49,603 nt of DNA, taken from NCBI RefSeq assembly GCF_001194135.2, contig NC_069000.1, positions 13,786,856 through 13,836,458 on the forward strand, in the 5' to 3' direction. Position 1 is the stretch's first letter; the number at the start of each line of letters is the position of its first letter. This stretch comes from Octopus bimaculoides (Eukaryota). Below are positions 1 through 10,500 of the stretch, piece after piece. Below the pieces are notes generated by a model. The model was not told the DNA's origin and ran no database searches. It saw only the letters and a program-made list of their open reading frames with translations. Made by a program: the position numbers and the translations under genes.

Positions 1-93
1 TATATATATATATGTCTATATATATATATGTCTATATATATATATGTCTATATATATATATGTATATATATATATATGTATATATATATATAA

Positions 94-137
<44 letters not shown>

Positions 138-164
138 CATGTGTATGTGTCTATATATATATGT

Positions 165-540
165 GGAGGCGCAATGGCCCAGTGGTTAGGGCAGTGGACT
201 TGCGGTCATAGGATTGTGGTTTCGATTCCCAGACAGGGCTTTTTGAGTGTTGAGCGAAAACACCTGAAGTTCCATGTGGCTCCGGCAGAGGATGGTGGTG
301 AACCCTGCTGTACTCTTTCACCACAACTTTCTCTCACTTTTTCTTTCTGTTTCTGTTGTACCTGTATTTCAAAGGGCCAACCTTGTCACACTCTGTGTGA
401 CACTGAATTTCCCTGAGAACTACGTTAAGGGTACACATGTCTGTGGAGTGCTCAGCCACTTGCACATTAATTTCACAAGTAGGCTGTTCCGTAGATCAGA
501 TCAACTGGAACCCTCGTCGTCGTAACTGACGGAGTGCTAA
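165..540 (+). mobile_element. tRNA-derived SINE, near full length
   Basis: Pol III A-box TGGCCCAGTGG (175-185) and B-box-like GGTTTCGATTCC (218-229) in a tRNA-like head, then a GC-richer body, embedded in (TA)n. A degraded relative at about 21995-22215 shares CCTTGTCACAC..TGTCAC..TGAGAA. Confidence 0.75.
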
Positions 541-864
541 CCATCCATATATATATATATGTATGTGTATATATNNNNNNNNNNNNNNNNNNNNNNNNNN
601 NNNNNNNNNNNNNNNNNNNNNNNNNNNNNNNNNNNNNNNNNNNNNNNNNNNNNNNNNNNNNNNNNNNNNNNNNNNNNNNNNNNNNNNNNNNNNNNNNNNN
701 NNNNNNNNNNNNNNNNNNNNNNNNNNNNNNNNNNNNNNNNNNNNNNNNNNNNNNNNNNNNNNNNNNNNNNNNNNNNNNNNNNNNNNNNNNNNNNNNNNNN
801 NNNNNNNNNNNNNNNNNNNNNNNNNNNNNNNNNNNNNNNNNNNNNNNNNNNNNNNNNNNNNNNN

Positions 865-895
<31 letters not shown>

Positions 896-1404
896 CTGTA
901 GGAGTATCCAATTATTATTACACTAGTGTTTTTTCATTGCATGGCTATTATATTACCAAGTGCAATAAATGGGTGCGGGTAAAAAGTTATTTTACCATTA
1001 ATTTATATAGCAATAAGAAAATGGAAGGGATTAATAGGTGGTGTTCATCAACTTGCAGACATTGTATTGTGTCAATTTACTTGTTTATTTGTTTACTAAA
1101 AGGACAATAATAACAATATACAAACATTTTTATAATTACTGATATGACATAATTTGTCACATGTGTTTGTATGTTGTTATTCTTGTCCTTTTAGTAAACA
1201 AATAAACATGTAAATTGACAAAATACGTCTGCAAGTTGATTCTTACTTCTACATTATTCTAATGCCTCAGATTTAATATCTTGAGCACTTCAAAGTGAAG
1301 TCTATGTATTGGAGAAAATAGCTACACCAGGCTCCAATCTGATTTGGCAGAGTTTCTACAGCTGGATGTAATCATATATATATAGAGAAAGAGAGAGAGA
1401 GACG

Positions 1405-1714
1405 CATAGGCATGGCTGTGTGGTAAGAAGCTTGCTTTTCAACCACATGGTGGCAGATTCAGTCCTACAGCATGGGATCTTGGGCAAGTGTCTTCTATAG
1501 TCTCAGGCTGACCAGAGCCTTGTGAGTGGAATTGGTGGCCAGAAACTGAAAGAAGCCCATCAGTGGTTGTGTGGTAAGTAGCTTGCTTACCAACCACATG
1601 GTTCCAGGTTCAATCCCACTGCATGGCACATTGGGCAAATGTCTTCTACTATAGCCTTGAGCCAACCAAAGCCTTGTGAGTGGATTTGGTTGACGGAAAC
1701 TGAAAGAAGCCCGT
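1405..1714 (+). mobile_element. Two tandem tRNA-derived SINE heads
   Basis: Two consecutive ~155-bp similar units (GGCTGTGTGGTAAGAAGCTTGCT..AACCACATGG.. and GGTTGTGTGGTAAGTAGCTTGCT..AACCACATGG..), each ending in GAAACTGAAAGAAGCCC. The same family recurs at about 39270-39390 (-), 41798-41940 (-) and 43585-43696 (+). Confidence 0.75.
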
Positions 1715-1908
1715 ATGATTGTATGATTTCAAGCTCAAATTCACAGCCTCCACATCAGACTATGGTTGGTAGAGAGAACATGCTGAGACTTTTGTCCTGC
1801 AGTGGACTGAACAGAGGCAATCTATTCCAATCCAATAGACATACACTCACACACACACACACAGATTACATATATATGCATATATAATATATATATACAT
1901 ATATATGC

Positions 1909-1948
<40 letters not shown>

Positions 1949-2072
1949 CATACACACATACCGCAACCATCCATACATATAGGCATATTATTTATGGTCA
2001 AACTATTTAAGCCAAGCCAGCATGGAAAATGGAAGTGAAATGATGATGAAACATGATATATATTTATATGTA

Positions 2073-2127
<55 letters not shown>

Positions 2128-2130
<3 letters not shown>

Positions 2131-2330
2131 CAGCACAGAATTTTGTCAGTGAACAGGTCGCGGTCTCAAAGCGACGAAAATATTTTGACAAATTAAATTT
2201 AGATGTTGAAGTGAATCTAACGGATTTTGTGTGTTATTTCAAATGGCTTATAAACACCTTCCACACTGCAATTGTTTTCGTTCCAGCACACGATCTCAGA
2301 TCAGGTCACTTGCTATGCAAGTGCATCTCC
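2128..2330. repeat. Dispersed repeat, copy 1 (inverted partner at 23342-23485)
   Basis: 2128-2273 is the reverse complement of 23342-23485 at roughly 90% identity by eye. Confidence 0.85.
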
Positions 2331-2331
2331 G

Positions 2332-2365
<34 letters not shown>

Positions 2366-2399
2366 AGGTCCTGGAACATAACCAGTATGTCAGTCTCTC

Positions 2400-3620
2400 T
2401 ATGCAGGGTACTGACATAAAACTACAGCACTTAATGACAATCATGCAATGTATATGCAGTGAGTTTGCTCCAGAGAAAATGTCAAACCAACAGGAAAACA
2501 TAATTCCATGAGATAAGAAGATTTTAATAGCACGATGAACAAAAATATCAAATCATCTAAATGGGTCTCTAAAAAATAGTGAGGAATCCTGTCTTAAACA
2601 AGCACTGTCTGAAGTTGAAAGTGAACTAGAGCACAGCCTGTGAAATGGAGAGTGCTGAAAAAAGAAGCCTCAGCTGTAAAAAATGTAAGGACAAACTTTG
2701 CTATAGATTTACAAAAGAGTTGCTTATGTAGAGTACAAGATAGAGTCATTGTTCAAAGGAAATGGCTCACTGACTGCAAACTCCCAAAGGATAAGTGAAA
2801 TACTGAATATGCAATACAAAAGTGTTTTTATATCTCTGTTGGGACACTTGCAAATAAATATGCTGAACAAGTTCTTTGATGCTACAGTTCTATACAAATG
2901 AATGGCAATTATCAAGATAGAGGAATCTAATACGATATCAACCAAGTGCAAAGAGGCCTTAGCAAGATCACTGCAGATTCTCTTCCAAGGCTACCTTGCA
3001 AGTGGTAGACTACTTGAACATTAAAGAGGAGCATAATATATCCTATTCATAAAGGAGGAAGCAGAGAAGATGCTAAAAATTATAGGCCTATCACTGTAGC
3101 CTCATGTCAACAAATTCATGGAACAAATTGTGAGGAGGAAGTTGATCAGTTCCTCAAAGATAATAACTTGCTCCTTGACAGCCAGCCTAGCTTCCACTCA
3201 GAAAAAAGCTGCTTTACATAGCTTCTGCATCATTATGACTGAATACTGAAACAACTTATAAATCACTCAAACATGGATGTGGTATATCTCAACCTTGCAA
3301 AGGCCTTTGATAAGATTGATCATGGGATCATACATCACAAACAGTGAAGACTCTGCACGGTTGGAAAACTGAGAGAGTGGTTACATGACTTCTGAAAAGA
3401 CAGAAACCAGTGGAGCCCTCTTCAGGGTAGCATGAACAGGGAGTGAAATGTCTCAGGGAGCTGTCTTGGTCTACTGTTGTTTATGATGCCCCTCTCAGAC
3501 ATACCATCTGACATACCCAACTCTTACAAGCTATGCCAAGGACACAAAAGTAGATCAAGCAGTCAAGAATCCTCTTCTAACGTTAATCTTCTACTAAAAG
3601 ACCAAGTCATATGTACACAG
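2400..3620 (+). mobile_element. Degenerate CR1-like non-LTR retrotransposon, reverse transcriptase region
   Basis: Interrupted translation contains PIHKGGSREDAKNYRPI (about 3042-3092) and MDVVYLNLAKAFDKIDHGI (about 3273-3330). These match the K..NYRPISL and D.VYLDF.KAFD.V.H motifs of CR1/L2 RT domains 1-3. Multiple stops and frameshifts. Confidence 0.85.
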
Positions 3621-3929
3621 CAAAAAGTACACTGGACAGCTACAAACATTTATAATGTTGCTTGAGACGCATCTGATGTGCTGTTGAAACAGCTATAGAT
3701 TTGATTATCACATTATAAGCAATGTTTGTTGCTTTCGATATGGGACACACTGTACTTGATGCATTGATGAATAAAATTTATTGATCAATTGTCAAGTCAT
3801 CTGTATTTTCTATACAAACCATGCTTATGTTAGAGACTGACTAACCGTGTTTTACTTCAATCACTCAACTAATTGACATATATATTGTATACATAGATAT
3901 GTATATTTTAAAGATTTATATATATATGA

Positions 3930-4100
3930 TTGACCGTTGACTGAACACTATTCAATTTTTTTTCTCCGTGTTTTTCTCCTTGTCTCCGTATTCTTTCTGT
4001 TGAAGAGCGTAGCTCGAAACGTCAAAGACTTTCCGTATTCCCGAGCGTCATACTAATATATACTTTTTGTTATTTACACCACCTGTCCTCGTCTGTTGTT
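3930..4100 (+). mobile_element. Penelope-like element terminal fragment with hammerhead-like motif
   Basis: CTGTTGA-A-GAGC-GTA-GCTC-GAAAC-GTC-AAA-GAC at 3997-4029 resembles the CTGANGA..stem..GAAACGT signature of Penelope-like element repeats. Confidence 0.5.
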
Positions 4101-4117
4101 ATTATTTGTATATTCTC

Positions 4118-4167
<50 letters not shown>

Positions 4168-4938
4168 CGTGGCTGTAATCTTTTCCAAAAAACATGTCTC
4201 TCTTTCTCTCTCAATGGGGAAGTATTTCATTGCCTGGAAACAGGTTGGCATCAGAATGGACATCTGGTCTTAGAAAATCTGTCTCAATAAGCTGCATCTG
4301 ACCCTTACAAAACCATGGGAAAATGTATGTTAAAAAGACGATGTCGATGTTTATGATATTTATATGCATGTCTGTATTTGTGTATGTCTATTGTGTCCGT
4401 GAGGAAATTTGTATGTGTATGTCTATCCTTTGCTTTCCCTCTTTCTTTTGTATGTGGTATCACTATTCTATGCTGCCACCACAGGGCTGAATCTCAGTTT
4501 TTTTACAATTATTCCTCTCCTTCTTGTTCCTCATTGATAAGCTCTGTTCTATTTAGTCTTTATTGTTTCTTTCTTCCTTATTGTCATCTGTTTCCTTCTT
4601 TCCTTCCCACTCTCCCCGCTCCCACCTCTGTGGCTATCTATTTCCCTCTCTCCCTTCTTTTCCGTCCCTCCCTCTCTCTGTTTAGCAGAAAACTCAATTA
4701 ATGTAGGACTAATACAGAGAGTCAAATTCTGTGGATGCAATTTCAAAATTATGGTCAGTGCCAAATGTAGTCTTTTATTCTAGAGTTTGTTATAGATGTT
4801 ATTGCCTCATCAGTGTCGTGGAAAAGGAAGTCTTTCCACGTGCTCACATTTTGATCTGGTTAACTAACGGGATTTACTCCATTGAAATTGATTCCATCAT
4901 ATTTGCATAGCTTCCAGATTCTTGCAGGAAGAAAGTCA

Positions 4939-4940
4939 TT

Positions 4941-4974
<34 letters not shown>

Positions 4975-5150
4975 CCATCATCCTTTAACATCTGTTTTCC
5001 GTGCTGGCATGGGCTGGACAGTTTGATCAGAGCTGGTAAGCTGGAGAGCTGCACTATGGTTCCAGTCTGATTTAGCTTGGTTTCTATGGCTGGATGCCCT
5101 TCCTAACACCAACCACTTTACAGCATGTGCTGAATACTTTTATTGAGGCA
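4939..5150 (-). mobile_element. (GAT)n-tailed retroposon (RTE-type 3' end) SINE-like copy
   Basis: A (CAT)n tract followed by TTTAAC.TC.GTTTTCC.TGCT.GCATGG is shared with copies at 41485-41760, 43110-43350 and 42170-42230, and in the opposite orientation at about 2010-2050, 45225-45275 and 47650-47700. Confidence 0.7.
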
Positions 5151-5243
5151 CCTCCATAGTGTTATTCAATATTGTTAAAACCTAGATAGTTTAACCTCCC
5201 TATAATGACCTCTGCAGAAATTCACTTTTACAATGAAGACAAC

Positions 5244-5815
5244 AAATGCACCAGACGGTTTCCAAAAAAATCATTTACCAAGGAAACCCAAACCAGTGAA
5301 ATAGCTAGCACCAGAAGATGGAAGCTTCTAAACGTTGATTGGACAGCATGGAATTGACAAAAAATGAACAGTTCTTCACTACCCAATCCTGAACATGACA
5401 TTCAATGTGCACATCAATCTTGAGTTTTTCAATGCTGTAAAGTTCATCAAATATGTTATGAAGGGCTCTGATATCATATTTGCACTCACACAGCAAAACT
5501 GCTGCGATGAAGTTCCCAATTCCAGTAAAATCAATGCATTAGAAGTAATGCAACTTTCTGGCACTTTTGTTCCTTTCTTATTAATGAAAATACTCCATAT
5601 CCAACCACTTGTTGTCCGCTTGGAAAATAGATAATGGGTTTACTTCACTCTAGCAATTGTTACACAGAAAGCACAAAATTTGAAGTCCACAAATCTTATA
5701 GCCTGCATATTTCAACTTGTACTAATACGACCCCTTTGAAGAAAGCGTTGTTGTACCATCAGCTTTCATTTTACTATAAATGGAACAACAAATAATGGAA
5801 TCAAAGAAAACAAAG
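5244..5815 (+). mobile_element. Degenerate Helitron Rep/helicase fragment
   Basis: Reads KCTRRFPKK..KETQTSE, then TFNVHINLEFFNAVKFIKYVMKGSD (5395 ORF; cf. Helitron FNAHINVE.C.SV.SIKY..KY..KG.D), then HIQPLVVRLEN and ALLYHQL..YY.W. These are in the order expected for Helitron Rep, with frameshifts. Confidence 0.8.
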
Positions 5816-5971
5816 TGCTTTTGGTGAAAACCAATTTCACATAAGTTTTGATTATGTCATTAGAAGAGACTATACTGCCAATCAGCATAAATGCTTCTTT
5901 CTCTGATTTTTCCCTATAAAGTGCAAGTTTTAAATTCATTTCAAGTCACCATCATTTCAAATCATCAATTA

Positions 5972-6091
5972 TGAAGTTTGCATCACTTATAGAGAGACAT
6001 GCTTTAAACTTGGGTTGCAACATAGTCTGAAGTTTGCATCACTTATAGAGAAACATGTTTTAAATTTGGGTTGCAACATAGTCTGAAGTTT
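5972..6091. repeat. 56-bp tandem duplication (2 units plus an 8-bp remnant)
   Basis: 5972-6027 and 6028-6083 differ at about 3 positions; TGAAGTTT starts again at 6084. Confidence 0.9.
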
Positions 6092-6643
6092 CTGTATCTC
6101 AAGCATCCAAGGGTCTTAGTGTTCTTTTCACCACATGGTTAAAATACTGTTAACCATTCAATGCACTTAGCTTTAGCTCAAGTATGACAATGATCTTGCC
6201 TGAGGATTTCAGTCATCAACCTCAACAGATATACCCCAGCAGGAAAATAGGGTATACAGATGAAATGTATAACGTAACCAAAGGTCAGAGTGTATTAGTA
6301 AGCAACTTAATCAGAATCACTCAATTGGCCTTCCTTTGGATGTGGTCTGTGATAACTATGTGAGTAGTATCAGTGCTATATCAGATATGAGAGCAGAACT
6401 CTATTGTCAAGTTCAGCTAAGCTTTAAAGAAAAGTACTAGATTGGGGAGCTGAAATATCTTCTTGCTTGATAATACAAAGGCATTCACAAATCTAATATG
6501 ATTTATATAGTAAATATTTTTGTCATATAAAGGACTATTTGCAATGTATTATTTGAGACATTTTGAATTCCCATCTAGTTTTTATTAGTGAAAATTGAGA
6601 CTTTAAAACTTATGTCTAATTTTTTGTTTGTTTTATTTTTCAG

Positions 6644-7458
6644 ATAATGTTAAATATGGTCTTGGGCCGCTCACAGAAGATAGTACGCAAACAGTAGCCC
6701 CAATTCTACAAGATGCTGCAACTCAAACAATTGAAACCAAGCCTGAATATGTTGAGCCAACCAGATTCCGAGATGTGGGAACAGTTCCACGCACACCAAG
6801 TGTTACAAAGCCGATTACTCAGGATGCTGCAACTATGACAGCAAGTGTGAGAACCAAAGATATTTCCATCAGTGCCAAGTTACAAACACACGACATTGCA
6901 GTGGCAGCTGATTTCAAATTACCTGAACGACCACCTGTTGCTCAAACAATCAGAAAAATGGAAATGAGTTCTAAATCAGTCTGTCACAAACGCAACACTG
7001 CAACATCACCTGTCAGATTTTACGAATATATGAAACCAGCTGTTATAACACATGAAGTGTCTGTTGGTCCGAGCCTTAGAACGCGTACTTTTGGTGTCGG
7101 TGAATACTATTTCCGGACTCATGAAATTGGAATGCAAACAGACAGAGATATCCCAGACATCATAGAACCCTCTAGACGACTATTTGATGAAACTCCTCTA
7201 ATGAATCGGCTTACAGTTGCAGCAGGAAGAAAAAGAAAATCACAATCAACGGATGAAGTTACTAAACTAGAACTTGATACTTTGGTTGCTGATAAACATA
7301 GAATTGAAGCTGAGACTAATTTATATAAAATGGAGAAAAAACGAATAGAGGCTCAACTGGCTTACTATGGTGTAGACTCTCAAAGAGTGGAAGCACAGAA
7401 ACGATATCATCAGCTTAAGATAAAGAAATTAGAACGAGAAATGGCTTTACGAGAATGA
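6644..7458 (+). CDS. Terminal coding exon (~271 aa) of an uncharacterised protein: TQT-motif-rich disordered region, basic NLS-like RKRK and C-terminal coiled coil
   Basis: 815 nt open frame in otherwise ORF-poor AT-rich DNA. Strong acceptor TTTTTGTTTGTTTTATTTTTCAG ends at 6643 (phase 1, G|AT=Asp); TGA at 7456-7458; AATAAA at 7536 and 7559. The TTG start in the ORF track lies in the polypyrimidine tract and is not real. Upstream exons not identified. Confidence 0.85.
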
Positions 7459-7535
7459 AAAATATACCAGAAAATTTCTGCCAAAGGCAATTCTGGTTAT
7501 GAATTATTTTTTAAACAATAATTTAATGCAACTTT

Positions 7536-7564
7536 AATAAAAAGAAAAAAGAAGAAAGAATAAA
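7536..7564 (+). promoter_or_regulatory. Putative polyadenylation signals of the TQT-rich exon
   Basis: AATAAA at 7536-7541 and 7559-7564, 80-100 nt after the stop, followed by T-rich sequence. Common by chance in AT-rich DNA. Confidence 0.45.
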
Positions 7565-10500
7565 AATTAAGATATTTGGTTCAAAATTGATGAATATAGC
7601 TTATTTCATTCTGTAAGTAACATACAAAGACAATTTGATCTCAAATTACATTGTTTTTCTTTTTACTTTCTCTCATTAAGATCACATAGTTATAACCTAA
7701 GTAATTTTATTAAACCTATACAAATTATAACTAAGTTAAAATTAAATACAAGTAGTTGGAAATTAAAAGTGATTGCTTTACTAGACTTGCTTATTAATAA
7801 TTTTTAGAAGTATAAAGTTATTTAAACGTTCCTTCGAGATATTCATTGGTTTTTACATCATTGAAATATATTGAATGAATCATTTCATTTTTTAAAAATC
7901 GAAATAATTTATAAAACAGATATCTCTACTGAAATGCTATATGTTATATAATAGACTACAAAGTAATTATGGAATAAATAAAAATTAGAATCCAAAGAAA
8001 CTAGTGTTGTTCTGCACTAGCTGGTAAAATTAAATTAATATAATTTATAAAATAGGACAGTTTGTTTGTATGCTGTAAGGAGATATAAGTTTTGAACAGA
8101 GCTCTTCAGTTATTTTCATAAAATGTTTATACTAAGAAATCTTTTCTATATACAATTCCCATGTGCAATGGATAATATTAAAATTTAATGCTTATATCTC
8201 TCTTTTGATCAGACCTTGTCGTCACTGATAAAAAGAAATAAGTTATAATAATTTATCCTTGCTTCATCACCCCCCCCCCCCAGATTTACTCTGTGTATAT
8301 ACATCAATATACGCATCAATAGTATTAGCAATTAAAATTTCTTTAATGGCCTCAAATTAGCCATATTTAGAATAATATAATTATGATTTTGAAAGATATT
8401 GATCAAAATTGCAAGGTTTAAACACAGATATTCTTACCCTATTTATATAAATCTAATTAATTGTTAATTAATTGTTATATTTCTGTGTTTATTCAGTTTT
8501 TATTTTGTTGATTTATAAACACTTGAAGTCAACTATTGGTCTGCTATTTTTGAACCAATTTAATCCAATCTAAAATAAACATATAGTAATTTCAAAAGAC
8601 ATCTTATATTTGAAATATCTCTTCTTAAACTATTTGATGCAAGATTTTATTATTTGTGTCAATTTAAAACAACTACTTGAAATACCTATTCAATCAATTG
8701 TTATTTAAAATCAGGGAAGATTGCAAAATCCTTGTTATGAATTACAATTAAAACTAATAAACTGATTTTACGAACATTAAATATTCAAATTAGTGTTTCA
8801 ACATTGTCAATTTTGGACCATTTCTCGATTTTATCTTTCACCCTTTCGTTAACCAAATCCACAAATTTGTTTATGAAAATATTGAACCAGTGATAAATAT
8901 TTAAAATGCTGTTGTTTTTATTTTGTATTGAAACTGTTTGTGAGGCTATTTCTTTGTCATTTATTTCACAACCCAAAAAATTAGCTAAGGCATTCTTGAT
9001 AGGAGAAGAAAATATCATTCTACCTACTAAATTTATTACAACTTTTAATTGATAATTTAAATTATCTATTAGCTTTAAAATAGTTGTTAATATATAAGAA
9101 ATTGTTTGATAAATTGCTGAAAAGATTTTGTGGCCATTTTGATTGCTTATTTTTCTGCTGATTCTCCTTTTTCCTCATTTATTATTGTCAAGTAAATATC
9201 CAAACCATTATCAAATTATACCAACCATAAAAACTGCTGCATTACCATGTAGCAAACCTTTCTTTAGACATTTCTGTCTACCCACAATTACATTCAAAAT
9301 AAGTTCACCAATTCTAAATTAGGAAAACTTTGATAATGTTGATAAAAACTACCAGTATTTTAAAGTTAGTAATTTAAAAGAATTTCATGATATATTATAC
9401 TGCCAACCAAAATATTTCGACAAGTTTTTCTGTATTCTAAGTTGAAAGATTTTAAAAAGGGAACTTATCTTTAATTATATTTATTTTTCAATATGGTTAT
9501 GGTTTTGCAATATTTACTGAAAATATAATCAGATATAGGATATAGTGGCCTTACCAGTAATCTATGGAGGACCTTTATAAGCAAAAACTTCCCTATCATA
9601 AATAGAGTTAATGATTAGGCAAGTTGCATCCCTAATGATTTCTTATATTAACAAAAGGCCTATTGGCCTATTATTTTTTTTTTTGTAGTGGAGGATTATA
9701 GCTGATTATGTTACAGGTACCTAATTTGTTGATGGGAATAATAATTATATGATCCTGGTGGAATAGATCAATTTAAGTAACAAACAAAATCACTCATGAA
9801 GGATGCAATTTAACTAATTATAAGTATCATTAATAAAGAATGATTTTCTTAAGCATAAAGAAGCATTTTAATTTCTACTTACTATCCATATTTACATTAC
9901 ATATGAAATATTAACATATCATTATAAACTGAGAAATAAAGTAATTATGTTTAAGTACTAATGATACTTCGTAGTAGTAACAGTATTATAGAGAGATCCA
10001 ATGCAATTACTTTCTAAGTGTCTAGTTATGGGGCATTTTAGAACTCCCTCTTTACAATCAAGTAACATTGCTATTCTCAAAATATCTCACAAGGATTTCA
10101 ATATATATATATATTGATCTTTTTCGCTTTAAGCGCCCAAGCAGCAAATATGTACAAAAGACATATCATTACCAATTATTATTTTCCTGTGTAAATATCA
10201 TTACCATTCAAATGACTTAATATTTCATGTTGTTTCCTATATATAAATGATAAAATCAATGCATATATATACAAATGTTCCTGGATAAACATTTTTAATG
10301 CTAAAGTAATTTCAGTAGAAAAATTCCCATTTGTTTCTTTACCTTTAAATGTTTATTTTAAGTGAAAAATCGAATTATACAGAAAGTTTTTATGTTTAAT
10401 ATTAGTCAGTATATTCCTTAGTTTTCCATGAGAAAAATTAAAAAACAACTTCAATATCTGTAATATATTTTAAGTATCAAAATGATAAAGTGTTTGTTGT

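Noticed and set aside
165-240. tRNA gene
   Set aside because: Has A and B boxes but no complete cloverleaf and continues into a SINE body; it is a SINE head.
6184-6363. 59-codon ORF (MTMILPEDF..) with a possible phase-1 donor AAG|GTCAGA that could splice to 6644
   Set aside because: Weak donor and no recognisable protein features; it cannot be supported without RNA data.
6628-6643. TTG start of the 276-aa ORF
   Set aside because: It lies in the polypyrimidine tract of the acceptor; the coding exon starts at 6644.
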